Below the pieces are notes generated by a model. That model was not told the DNA's origin and ran no database searches. It saw nothing but the letters and a program-made list of their open reading frames with translations. From an uncultured Planctomycetales bacterium (GTDB lineage: Bacteria > Omnitrophota > Gorgyraeia > Zapsychrales > JANLHA01): 64,000 nucleotides of DNA. Below, piece by piece: positions 39,311 to 48,462 of this stretch; position 1 is the first letter of the stretch, and every line of letters starts with the position of its first letter. The stretch covers positions 191,104 through 255,103 of the forward strand of contig CAZAXH010000003.1 in the NCBI GenBank assembly GCA_964489065.1, given 5' to 3'. Both the position numbers and the translations under genes were made by a program.

Positions 39311-40540
39311 ATGGAAACACGGCTCCTTTATCAGCGGTTATGGCAGGACCTGGTGGCCGAAAAGAGCATGATTTTTATTTCCGGCCCCCGCCAGGTCGGG
39401 AAAACCACTCTTGTGCGGGATATTATTTCGCCCGTGCATCCCAACGCTATTTATTTTAACTGGGATATTGTGGACAGCAAGAAAACGCTTATCCATGACC
39501 CTTATTTTTTTCAGTCCATGGACGTTGACGGCCCCGGTCGTCCGCTGGTTATCTTGGATGAGATTCATAAATATCGCTTGTGGAAAAATTATTTAAAGGG
39601 CGTTTACGATAAGTTTCAGGGACGGTTCGCTTTCGCGGTCTTGGGGAGCGGCCGCCTGGATACTGTTAAGCGGGCCGGTGATGCCATGACCGGCCGCTTT
39701 TGGGAGATGCATCTTTTCCCGTTCACGGTCGCGGAGATTGCGGGCGGACGGTTGCGCGTTGATGAGTTTTTTGAGGACCCTTTTTCCGTGCCGGATGCGG
39801 TTGACGCTGCTGAAAGCACGCGAATTTGGGAAAACCTTTTTCGCACCGGCGGTTTTCCAGAGCCTTTCTTGAGCGGGAAAGAGACCACTTGGCGCCGATG
39901 GTCTGCCAATTATGGCCGGCAGATTATCCGGGATGATATGCGGTCCCTGGCGGATATTAAACTTGTTGACGATATTGAAACCCTGTTTTCTCTGTTGCCC
40001 ATGAAAGTGGGAAGCCCGCTATCGATCAACAATTTGGCGGGGGATATACAGGTGAGTTTCCCAGCGGTCAAAAGCTGGTTGGAATTGTTTGATCATTTTT
40101 ATCTGACCTTCCGGATATCACCCTGGACGCAAAAAATTTCTCGGGCCATTTTGAAAGAGAAAAAGCTGTACCTTTTCGACTATCGTCTGGTCCCGGATGC
40201 TGCCGCCCGCTTTGAAAATATGGTGGCACTTGAGTTGTTGCGGGCCGTTCGATCATGGAACGAATGGGGATGGGGAAATTATGGCCTGCATTATTTACGG
40301 AACAAAGAAAAGAAAGAAATAGACTTTCTGCTTACTAACGACCGTCGACCTATTCTTTTGATCGAGACCAAACTGACGGACGCAACACCGGCTCCGGCTT
40401 TAAGGGAATATCAGGCGATATTGAATGTCCCTGCGATCCAACTAGTTCATACGCCCGGTACCGTGCGTAGAGTTTTTGAAGATAAACACGGAAAGTTAGG
40501 GGTTTTTTCCGCGGCCCGCTGGCTGGCGGCGTTGCCGTGA
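39311..40540 (+). CDS. AAA+ ATPase with C-terminal DUF4143 (restriction-endonuclease-like) domain. A mobile or defence-associated family
   Basis: Walker A ISGPRQVGKTT, Walker B PLVILDEIH, and a C-terminal ~150-aa region typical of AAA_14/DUF4143 proteins. Confidence 0.7.
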   Translation: METRLLYQRLWQDLVAEKSMIFISGPRQVGKTTLVRDIISPVHPNAIYFNWDIVDSKKTLIHDPYFFQSMDVDGPGRPLVILDEIHKYRLWKNYLKGVYDKFQGRFAFAVLGSGRLDTVKRAGDAMTGRFWEMHLFPFTVAEIAGGRLRVDEFFEDPFSVPDAVDAAESTRIWENLFRTGGFPEPFLSGKETTWRRWSANYGRQIIRDDMRSLADIKLVDDIETLFSLLPMKVGSPLSINNLAGDIQVSFPAVKSWLELFDHFYLTFRISPWTQKISRAILKEKKLYLFDYRLVPDAAARFENMVALELLRAVRSWNEWGWGNYGLHYLRNKEKKEIDFLLTNDRRPILLIETKLTDATPAPALREYQAILNVPAIQLVHTPGTVRRVFEDKHGKLGVFSAARWLAALP

Positions 40541-40646
40541 GTTTTTGGCGCTTGGGTAAGCGGATTTAAGACAGTCCAAGAACTTCATTTTTAGAAGAAC
40601 AGGGGCACAGAAATCGATGTTGGTGACTGAAAAAAATTTTCAACCA

Positions 40647-40764
40647 TGAAACGCCTTTTCGACATTTTCTTTTCGGTTTTCGGGCTGGTGGTGTTTGCCC
40701 CGGTTATGGGCGTCTCGGCCGCGTTTATCAAGTTGATCGCTTGCGGGGTGATGTTTTGGTATAT
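40647..40764 (+). pseudogene. Truncated 5' remnant of an undecaprenyl-phosphate sugar-transferase gene (copy 2 of 3)
   Basis: MKRLFDIFFSVFGLVVFAPVMGVSAAFIKL matches 42540 (MKRLFDIIFSLFGLVVFAPLMGASAALIKL), then diverges and stops. It runs directly into the 18-bp-arm palindrome. Confidence 0.7.
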
Positions 40765-40807
40765 TTTTGTACGATACTGTCAATTTTAGACAGTATCGTA
40801 CAAAAAT
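40765..40807. repeat. Perfect palindrome tttttgtacgatactgtc-aatttta-gacagtatcgtacaaaaa. Candidate bidirectional terminator, operator or recombination scar
   Basis: 18-bp perfectly complementary arms, a 7-nt loop, a T-run on the 5' side and an A-run on the 3' side. Confidence 0.8.
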
Positions 40808-41012
40808 ATTGATATCTTGCGTTTCATAAGGTATACTTTTGGTAGGGGGGGCTGTTCGTCCTAGTGGGGCCGGAATGACGTGAAATGAAGCTCCCCGCAG
40901 CTACGGGGAATCCAGATAGGGCATCATTCTTGGAGTGTTAACCGGATCAAGCTACGGAGAATGTCTTCTTCTGAGAGCGAAAGGTTAATGTAGATAGCCA
41001 TAAAGTCCAATT

Positions 41013-41654
41013 ATGAATAAAGCCGTTGAGTTTGTGTATACCCATTTGCCTTATGATGTTTTTACTGACCGGGATGTGGCCCTGTTGATGGGGCCGGAAC
41101 GTAGCGATTACAGCCGCCATGGCTTGGTCAAACGGGCGTTGCACAAGGGGGATATCCTCCGCATTCGCCGGGGGATTTATTGCCTGGCGAAAAAATATCA
41201 GCGCCAACCGCTGAATTATTTCAGCCTTGCCCAGTTGATTTACGGACCGTCTTATATTAGTTTGGAATCGGCACTGTCGTATCATGGATGGATCCCGGAA
41301 GGGGTTTTTATGGTCACTTCGGTTAGCCTAGAGCGGTCCCGCACTTTTCAAACGCCCCTTGGCGGTTTTTCCTACCAGCGGGTTGTGCAGGAGCAGTTTT
41401 ATGAACATGTTGACCGAGTTGAGTCCGAGGGGTTGCCTTTTTTTTTGGCGCGGCCGTTCAAAGCCCTGTGTGATTATTTTTATGTCCATCGGCAAAACTG
41501 GCGCTCGGTCCGACCGCTCCAAGAAAGTCTTCGGATAGAAGATGATATGCTCGGTCAGATCACGAGGAGTGATCTGGACTGTTTGTATGAAAATTATCGC
41601 AGCCGCAGGGTTAAGACGTTTATCATGGGCGTGAGAAAGGATCTGGGGTTATGA
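41013..41654 (+). CDS. abiEi: AbiEi-family antitoxin / transcriptional regulator (type IV TA, abortive infection)
   Basis: N-terminal winged-helix-like segment with DILRIRRGIYCLAK (the conserved RGvY motif of AbiEi_4). It overlaps the next gene by 4 nt. Confidence 0.8.
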   Translation: MNKAVEFVYTHLPYDVFTDRDVALLMGPERSDYSRHGLVKRALHKGDILRIRRGIYCLAKKYQRQPLNYFSLAQLIYGPSYISLESALSYHGWIPEGVFMVTSVSLERSRTFQTPLGGFSYQRVVQEQFYEHVDRVESEGLPFFLARPFKALCDYFYVHRQNWRSVRPLQESLRIEDDMLGQITRSDLDCLYENYRSRRVKTFIMGVRKDLGL

Positions 41655-42508
41655 CTGTCGCGATGATCCAGGAAAGATTGAGGACATACGCGTGCGTCAG
41701 CGTGCAGGAAGAGGGGCAGGCGTTGCGCGAAATTACCCAGGAGGTCGTGCTCGCTGGCTTGGCGAGGACGGACTTCTTCAAGTATGCCGAGTTCCATGGC
41801 GGGACCTGTTTAAGGATATTCCACGGGGTGGATCGTTTCAGCGAAGACCTTGATTTTGTCCTGAAGTCCGCTGACAAAGATTTTACGCTCGAAGTTTATT
41901 TAAGATCAGCTTTGCGCGAACTTTCTGCCTACGGGTTTCGGTTTGAGGTGATTGACCGTTCGAAAGCCGGTAGCGCCGTAAAAAAAGCCTTTGTTAAGGA
42001 TGATTCCATCGGCAAACTGCTGGAATTGCAGTTTGTCAAAACGGACCGCTCAACAAAGACAATCAAGATTAAGATTGAGGTTGATGCTAACCCACCCGTC
42101 GGAGCCAGTTCGCTCACGCGGTATTTGACGTTTCCATTTCCGGCATCCATTACGGTTCACGATGTCCCCAGCCTTTTTGCGGGAAAGTTGCATGCTCTGT
42201 TATGCCGTGAGTATATCAAGGGGCGCGACTGGTATGATCTGGTCTGGTATCTTTCGCAGAAAACCGATGTGAATTACCGGCTTTTGACGGCGCAGGTTCA
42301 CCAGACAGTCCCGTGGAAAGGCCAGGGATTGATAGCTTCGGAAGAATGGTGTTTCGGTGAACTCCGGAAGAAAGTGGAAACTCTGGATTGGGCGGCGGCG
42401 CGGCGTGAGGTCAGCCCCTTTGTCAGGCAGCGGGGACAGGCTTCCTTGGAATTATGGGGAAAGGATTTTTTTTGTTCCTTGCTGGATGCTTATCATAGCC
42501 GGGCATAA
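41651..42508 (+). CDS. abiEii: AbiEii/AbiGii-family nucleotidyltransferase toxin (DUF1814)
   Basis: HGGTCLRIFHGVDRFSEDLDFV is the GS/GGT...RxSxDxD nucleotidyltransferase signature of AbiEii. Its size (285 aa) and its coupling to abiEi fit the family. Confidence 0.85.
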   Translation: MTVAMIQERLRTYACVSVQEEGQALREITQEVVLAGLARTDFFKYAEFHGGTCLRIFHGVDRFSEDLDFVLKSADKDFTLEVYLRSALRELSAYGFRFEVIDRSKAGSAVKKAFVKDDSIGKLLELQFVKTDRSTKTIKIKIEVDANPPVGASSLTRYLTFPFPASITVHDVPSLFAGKLHALLCREYIKGRDWYDLVWYLSQKTDVNYRLLTAQVHQTVPWKGQGLIASEEWCFGELRKKVETLDWAAARREVSPFVRQRGQASLELWGKDFFCSLLDAYHSRA

Positions 42509-42539
42509 TCTGATTGCCGAGAGGTAGGCTAAAAGAATT

Positions 42540-43193
42540 ATGAAGAGATTATTCGACATTATATTTTCATTGTTCGGGCTGGTGGTGTTTGCCCCGCTTA
42601 TGGGGGCCTCGGCTGCGCTCATCAAGCTGACGTCCCCGGGCCCGGTGATTTACGCGCAGAAACGGGTGGGCCTGCATGAGCGGATTTTTGATGTTTACAA
42701 ATTCCGCTCCATGGTGGATAAAGCCGATACTTTAGGGACGTCGGTCACCACCGGGGTCGACCCGCGTATCACGCCGATCGGGCGGTTTCTGCGGAAGACC
42801 AAATTCGATGAGCTGCCCCAACTGTTTAACGTGCTTAAGGGCGACATGAGTTTTGTGGGTCCGCGGCCGGATGTTCCGGAGATCACTTCGAAATATACCC
42901 CCGATATGAAGCGTATCTTTATGATCCGTCCGGGCATCACCAGCGTGGCCACGCTGCATTTCCGGCACGAAGAAGAGATTTTGGCAAAGGTTAAGAACCC
43001 CGACGAGTTCTATGACAGGGTTGTCGTGCCTTTAAAGGTGGATCTGGCCATGGAACACGTCCGAAAGAATTCGTTTTCTTTCGATCTGCTGATTTTGATC
43101 CAGACGGTCTGGGTGCTGACCCCGTTGGGCAGAATATGGCCGGTCAAAGAACATAATTCGGTAAAATTATTCAGGGAGAAATACGCGTTATGA
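42540..43193 (+). CDS. Undecaprenyl-phosphate sugar phosphotransferase (small PglC/WbaP-C-type initiating transferase)
   Basis: Single N-terminal TM, then KRVGLHERIFDVYKFRSMV...FVGPRPDVPE, the bacterial sugar-transferase catalytic motifs. Confidence 0.9.
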   Translation: MKRLFDIIFSLFGLVVFAPLMGASAALIKLTSPGPVIYAQKRVGLHERIFDVYKFRSMVDKADTLGTSVTTGVDPRITPIGRFLRKTKFDELPQLFNVLKGDMSFVGPRPDVPEITSKYTPDMKRIFMIRPGITSVATLHFRHEEEILAKVKNPDEFYDRVVVPLKVDLAMEHVRKNSFSFDLLILIQTVWVLTPLGRIWPVKEHNSVKLFREKYAL

Positions 43194-44377
43194 CACAGCC
43201 TGTTTTCGCGCCTTGGCCGGCCTTTGACCGGGAAATTACAGAAGCGGTAGCAGAAATTTTAAACTCCGGGAAAGTCAATCAATGGACCGGCCAGCATGTT
43301 TACGCGTTTGAAAAAGAATACGCGGAGTATCTGGGAGTGAAACACGCCATTGCCATGGCCAACGGGTCGGTCACGCTGGATACCGCTTTAAAAGTGCTGG
43401 GGGTAGGCCCCGGGGATGAAGTAGTGGTGACCAGCCGTTCGTTTGTGGCGTCCGCCAGTTGTGTGGCTTTGACCGGCGCTTTGCCGGTTTTTGCCGACGT
43501 GGATATGAAAAGTGGAAACATCACGGCGGATACGATTGCCGCGGTCTTAAGCAAGAGGACAAAAGCGGTGATCGCGGTTCACCTGGCCGGATGGCCGTGC
43601 GATATGGATCCCATCCTTAAACTCTGCCGGACGAAGAAACTGTTTTTGATTGAAGACTGCGCGCAGGCGCACGGCGCGCAATATAACGGCAGGCCGGTGG
43701 GAACGTTTGGGCAGTTCTCCTCGTTTTCATTTTGCCAGGATAAAATATTCACGACCGGAGGGGAAGGCGGCCTTTTGGCTGTGAATGACTCCAAACTTTG
43801 GAAGAAGGCCTGGAGTTTAAAAGACCATGGCCGTGATTTTGATGCGGTGTTTCATCACAAGGGCGGCACCGGTTTTAAATGGATGGTGAACAGTTTCGGC
43901 ACAAATTACCGGATGACCGAAATACAGGCGGTCATCGGCCGGATTATGCTTAAACGTCTGGACGGCATGGTTGCCACGCGCCGCCGTTACGCGGGCCTGC
44001 TCAACGACGCTTTTGAGCGAACGCCCGGCTTGACCGTGACCCGGCCGCCGGAAAATATTTATCATTCTTATTACAAGTATTATGTTTTGGTGGACCTAAA
44101 GCGCCTTAAAAAGGACTGGACCCGTGACCGTATTTTACAGGAGCTGGCGCAACGGGGCGTTTCCTGCGGATGCGGGGCCTGCCCGGAGATATATAAGGAG
44201 AAGGCTTTTCGCGACCAGCGAAAAAAAGCCGGCTTAAAACCCCAGCCCCGTCTGCCAGCCGCCAAAGCGCTGGGGGAGCGGTCCATCATGCTGCAGGTTC
44301 ATCCCACGTTGAGTGAAGAAAGTGTATTATATGTCATAGATTGTATGCGGTCGGTTTTGAAGAAAGCCGTTCGGTGA
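43190..44377 (+). CDS. DegT/DnrJ/EryC1/StrS-family PLP-dependent sugar aminotransferase
   Basis: GDEVVVTSRSFVASASCV and the Lys-containing SFSFCQDKIFTTGGEGGLL motif. 4-nt overlap with the upstream transferase. Confidence 0.85.
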   Translation: MTQPVFAPWPAFDREITEAVAEILNSGKVNQWTGQHVYAFEKEYAEYLGVKHAIAMANGSVTLDTALKVLGVGPGDEVVVTSRSFVASASCVALTGALPVFADVDMKSGNITADTIAAVLSKRTKAVIAVHLAGWPCDMDPILKLCRTKKLFLIEDCAQAHGAQYNGRPVGTFGQFSSFSFCQDKIFTTGGEGGLLAVNDSKLWKKAWSLKDHGRDFDAVFHHKGGTGFKWMVNSFGTNYRMTEIQAVIGRIMLKRLDGMVATRRRYAGLLNDAFERTPGLTVTRPPENIYHSYYKYYVLVDLKRLKKDWTRDRILQELAQRGVSCGCGACPEIYKEKAFRDQRKKAGLKPQPRLPAAKALGERSIMLQVHPTLSEESVLYVIDCMRSVLKKAVR

Positions 44378-44546
44378 TTTTATAACGTGAATCATTTTTT
44401 CCTGCAGTTATTACTTTTCACGCACCGTTCACGTATAATTCATAATCAAGTGATATTCTGTTTTTGTGATATTGTGCCGTTTTTTTAGCAAAAAGACCCT
44501 GTCCTCGTATATACCGGTATGTCCAGGTGTGGGCGTGGTTGCCCCC

Positions 44547-44575
44547 TTGACAATAGTATTGAGGTCTAGTATACT
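44547..44575 (+). promoter_or_regulatory. Consensus sigma70 promoter TTGACA-17nt-TATACT, driving a ~200-nt leader plus DUF218-wbpM
   Basis: TTGACA at 44547-44552, a 17-nt spacer, TATACT at 44570-44575. Confidence 0.55.
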
Positions 44576-44776
44576 TACCTTTTTCTTGTATAAAATGAGT
44601 GTTAGTGTCGGTTGTCCCCGCCGGCGCATAGTAAACAAACGGTAACCAGGGGTGAGTATACTATGAGGTCAGGTAATGGCTGTGAAACGATTGTCCGTGT
44701 TTTGTCCGCCTTTGCACAAAACTACGGGCATGCCCGTGGTTGAAGGCGAGAGGGTAGCCATGTTCCTGCCTCGGGA

Positions 44777-45481
44777 ATGTTTGTGCGTATGTTAAGAAGT
44801 CAGCTTGTCACGCGAACGGAATTGTTTACAGGTCTCCGGCCCAGGGACGCGGGGCTCCATAAACGGATGCTGTGGCGGACCATTGTTTTATTTTTTATTC
44901 TGGTTTCATGGCCGTTTTGGTGCAGGCCGTTATGCCGGGCCACGGGGCATTTTTTGATTGTTTCAAATGATTTGAAAAAAGCCGATGTGGTTGTGGTCCT
45001 GGCCGGAGACACCGAACGGGTCGGTCAGGCCGTCAGTCTTTATAAACAGGGGCTCGCGGATTATATCATTATGAGCGGCGGGGCCGAATCGTCGCCGGTG
45101 ACCATGGCCGAGAGCATGAAGCGCCAGGCCCGGGGCATGGGTGTTCCGGAAAAGGATATTATCCTGGAACCAGAATCGCAGCATACTTACCAGCATCCGT
45201 TCCTGGTCGCTCCGTTGCTGAAGGAACGCGGCTTTAAATCGGCGATTATCGTCAGTTCGCCGTATCATATGCGCCGGGTCGCGCTGTTGTTCAACCGGGC
45301 GTTTAAGCGCAGCGGGGTCAAGCTTATGTATTGTCCGGCGGCAAACAGTTGGTTTAACCCGGACACCTGGTGGCAAAGCGCCGGCGGCCGTAAGGTGGTG
45401 TACCTGGAATACACGAAGATGTGCGTGAATATATTTGGCAAAAAAGTGAATGATGTGGTCAGTCACCTGGTGCATGATTAA
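44777..45481 (+). CDS. DUF218 / YdcF (SanA/ElyC-like) family protein
   Basis: ADVVVVLAGD...YIIMSGG...IIVSSPYHMRRV motifs typical of DUF218. N-terminal TM. The exact start is uncertain. Confidence 0.65.
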   Translation: MFVRMLRSQLVTRTELFTGLRPRDAGLHKRMLWRTIVLFFILVSWPFWCRPLCRATGHFLIVSNDLKKADVVVVLAGDTERVGQAVSLYKQGLADYIIMSGGAESSPVTMAESMKRQARGMGVPEKDIILEPESQHTYQHPFLVAPLLKERGFKSAIIVSSPYHMRRVALLFNRAFKRSGVKLMYCPAANSWFNPDTWWQSAGGRKVVYLEYTKMCVNIFGKKVNDVVSHLVHD

Positions 45482-45550
45482 AATTATTCAAAAATTAAAG
45501 GACGATTCACTGTCAGCGGACAAGGCCGCGGGGATCGAGGAGGCAGTACT

Positions 45551-47419
45551 ATGAAGCGTTTTATGCGAGGTCGCGGGTTTTTAATGGTGTGCGATATGGT
45601 TGTCATCAACCTGGCCTTTCTGCTGGCCCTGGTGCTGCGTTTTGATTTTGCCGTGCCGGCGCCGTGGCGGGATATGTATCTTCACACGTTTCTTCTGTAT
45701 TCCCTTGTCAGCTTCACCGTGTTCTCCCGGGCGCAGTTTTATCATCATGACTGGCGCTATATGACCGCTAAAAATGTCATCCGCCTTTCCGGCGGCGTGG
45801 TGTTAAGCGTGTTCATTTATATGCTGGCGCTGTATTTTGTCCACCACTGGACGTTCCCTCGGATTGTGATTTTGTTGGGTATGCTGCTGGCCGTGCTGTT
45901 TACCACCGGCTTGAGGCTGGCCATTCACAGCCTGTATTCCTGGAAAAGAAGCGGCAGTTATGACGGTGCCAAGCGGGTGCTTATTGTCGGCGCCGGCGAC
46001 GCCGGGGAAGGGCTGGTCCGCGATATGCTGCGGGCGCAGCCGGTTTTGTATACTCCCGTCGGCTTCCTGGACGACGATCCGTTTAAAAACGGCATGCTCA
46101 TTCATGGGATTCCGGTCTTGGGCCCGGTGTCCCAGGTTAAATCCGTCGTGAAGAAAAAAGGGGTGGAGTTGATCATTATTTCTATTCCCTCCGCGCACAG
46201 CGACGAAATGCGCCGCATGGTGACTCTGTGCGAAATGACCGGCGTGGAAGTCAAGAAAGTGCCTTCGCTGATTTCGATTCTGGACGGCACGGTGAGCGTC
46301 AGCCAGATTAAGAATGTCGAGCCGGAAGACCTGCTGGGCCGCGACCCCAACTTGGCCGACCGGGAAGAGATTGTTAAATTTATACGGGGAAAAGTGATCA
46401 TGGTGACCGGCGCCGGGGGGTCGATCGGCTCTGAGCTCTGCCGTCAAATCCAGGGCTACCAGCCGAAACAGCTCATCCTTCTGGACAGCTCCGAGCACCA
46501 TGTGTACTCGATCGACATGGAGCTGTCGTCTCTGCATAAGACCGGCAAACCTCTTCATGTTCCGCTGGTCGCGAATATCCAGCATAAAAATAAGATGGAG
46601 CATATTTTTGACCAGTTCCGCCCGGAGGTGGTGTTCCATGCCGCGGCCTACAAGCATGTGCCGTTGATGGAGAGGAACGTGGATGCCGCGGTGAAGAATA
46701 ATATTTGGGGCACGTATAATATTGCCACTCTGGCCGCGAAGTATCAGGTGAAGCGGTTTGTGATGATCTCCACCGACAAGGCGGTGAATCCCACCAATGT
46801 CATGGGCGCCAGCAAGCGGCTGGCGGAAATGGTGATTCAGTCGTTGAACGGGCACAGCCAAACCGTGTTCAGCGCGGTGCGCTTTGGCAACGTGCTGGAC
46901 AGCAACGGCAGCGTGCTGCCGCTGTTCAGGAAGCAGATCGCCGAAGGCGGGCCTGTCACCGTAACCCACCCGGACGTGGTGCGGTATTTTATGACCATTC
47001 CCGAAGCGGTTCAGCTGGTCCTTACCGCGGCCACCATGGCGTGCGGCGGGGAGATTTATGTTTTGGAAATGGGCGAACCGGTGCGGATTCTCGATATGGC
47101 CAAGTCGTTGATCAAACTCTCCGGGTTTGAGCCGGATCGGGATATCAAGATTGAAATTGTCGGGTTGCGGCCCGGGGAAAAACTTTATGAAGAGCTTTTG
47201 ACTTCCCAGGAAGGCGTGCGCAAGACCGCCAACAATCAGATTTATGTTGAGAAACCGCGCTATTTTGACAAAGAAAAGCTGATCCGCGACGTGGAAGAGC
47301 TCTGGCAGCTGGCGGACGTGCGGGACATCCCCGGCGTGCTGGCGAAGATGAAGCAGGTGGTTCCGGAATTTAGTTCAAACCGTATTCACGCTGTTTCCCC
47401 GGAACTTGGGCTGAAATGA
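45551..47419 (+). CDS. Membrane-anchored nucleotide-sugar 4,6-dehydratase/epimerase (CapD/WbpM/PglF family)
   Basis: Four N-terminal TM helices, then a Rossmann motif VIMVTGAGGSIGSEL and the SDR catalytic YKHVPLME...STDKAV. Confidence 0.9.
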   Translation: MKRFMRGRGFLMVCDMVVINLAFLLALVLRFDFAVPAPWRDMYLHTFLLYSLVSFTVFSRAQFYHHDWRYMTAKNVIRLSGGVVLSVFIYMLALYFVHHWTFPRIVILLGMLLAVLFTTGLRLAIHSLYSWKRSGSYDGAKRVLIVGAGDAGEGLVRDMLRAQPVLYTPVGFLDDDPFKNGMLIHGIPVLGPVSQVKSVVKKKGVELIIISIPSAHSDEMRRMVTLCEMTGVEVKKVPSLISILDGTVSVSQIKNVEPEDLLGRDPNLADREEIVKFIRGKVIMVTGAGGSIGSELCRQIQGYQPKQLILLDSSEHHVYSIDMELSSLHKTGKPLHVPLVANIQHKNKMEHIFDQFRPEVVFHAAAYKHVPLMERNVDAAVKNNIWGTYNIATLAAKYQVKRFVMISTDKAVNPTNVMGASKRLAEMVIQSLNGHSQTVFSAVRFGNVLDSNGSVLPLFRKQIAEGGPVTVTHPDVVRYFMTIPEAVQLVLTAATMACGGEIYVLEMGEPVRILDMAKSLIKLSGFEPDRDIKIEIVGLRPGEKLYEELLTSQEGVRKTANNQIYVEKPRYFDKEKLIRDVEELWQLADVRDIPGVLAKMKQVVPEFSSNRIHAVSPELGLK

Positions 47420-47430
47420 ATTAAAGACAA

Positions 47431-47575
47431 CCTGTCCTGCCCTGTCCCTGAATGGGGGCCAGTCCCCTTGGGGGGACTGGCCCCGTAATCGTTAACTTAA
47501 CGGTAAGGTACTTTAACCCTCTGCGATTGAACAATTGGAATAATTGCAGGGGGTTTTTCTTTGGTGTACAATGGG
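47431..47575 (+). repeat. Intergenic repeat module T2 (GC hairpin plus intrinsic terminator)
   Basis: cctgtccctgaatgggggccagtcccc-ttgg-ggggactggccccgtaa ... ccctctgcgattgaacaattggaataattgcaggggg-tttttctttgg. Homologous to T1. Confidence 0.75.
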
Positions 47576-47589
47576 GAACAGTTTTTCAG

Positions 47590-47656
47590 AAGCCGGGATA
47601 TTGGTTTAATACCGCGCAGCCTGCTGTGGTTCATTGAGTCCACAGCTTGTTTTTGG
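47590..47656 (+). repeat. Partial copy of the structured repeat element, module B only
   Basis: ggtttaataccgcgcagcctgctgtggttcattgagtccacagcttgtttttggg. Compare module B of copy 1 (4706-4761) and copy 3. Confidence 0.55.
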
Positions 47657-47711
47657 GATTTTAATAAAGAAGGGTTATCCGGTTTGTTGCTAATTTGGGA
47701 AGAAAGTTTTT

Positions 47712-48344
47712 ATGATCACTGAATTTTTAAAGAGATGCCGGCCTCCTCGAACACCCGAAGAAAGAGCCAGAAGAGAGTTTTTTTCTATCCGGGTGAAAAA
47801 AGGGGATGTCGTTATAGACTGTGGCGCTAACGTCGGAAGCATTACCCGGCATTTGAGCAAATCAGGGGCTGATGTTTACGCTTTTGAACCCAATCCGCAT
47901 GCCTATAAAGTCCTGGCGCAGAATTTTTCGGGTAAGAGGAATGTCCATTGTATTCCGAAAGGCGTGAGCGATCAAAACAGTTTGATGAAGCTGTATTTGC
48001 ACGAGCATTCTGATGAAAACGAAGTGTACTGGTCCCAGGGGTCCTCGCTCTTGGATTTCAAAGGCAATGTGCTGAAAGACAAATATGTTGAAGTTCCCAT
48101 CATTGATCTTTGCGAGTTTATCGAGTCCCTGAACCGGCGCGTTAAAATTCTTAAATTGGATGTCGAAGGTGTGGAATGCGGGATCCTGAAGAAAATGATC
48201 CATACGGATATTATCCATAAGATTGATTACGTCTTTGTGGAAACCCATGATCATAGAATTCCGGAGCTTAAAGAAGAAACCGATGCGATCAGAGCCCTTA
48301 TTCAAGAAAGAGGCATTCAAAACATAAATCTGGATTGGACATAA
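47712..48344 (+). CDS. FkbM-family methyltransferase
   Basis: VIDCGANVGSIT...YAFEPNPHAY is the FkbM-domain signature. Confidence 0.8.
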   Translation: MITEFLKRCRPPRTPEERARREFFSIRVKKGDVVIDCGANVGSITRHLSKSGADVYAFEPNPHAYKVLAQNFSGKRNVHCIPKGVSDQNSLMKLYLHEHSDENEVYWSQGSSLLDFKGNVLKDKYVEVPIIDLCEFIESLNRRVKILKLDVEGVECGILKKMIHTDIIHKIDYVFVETHDHRIPELKEETDAIRALIQERGIQNINLDWT

Positions 48345-48462
48345 TTGTGGCTGTAGATTTGTGGCGCGGTAATCTCTGTCCCCACACTGGGGTTGCTTTT
48401 TAGGAGAATGGCTAATATTTTAACACTATGACTTTTAGATGAAGGGCAGGTATATCTGAATT

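Noticed and set aside
44400-44776. ops/JUMPstart element (GGCGGTAGCGTG) in the internal EPS-locus leader
   Set aside because: It was searched by eye and not found. Only a weak partial (agggtagcc) is present.
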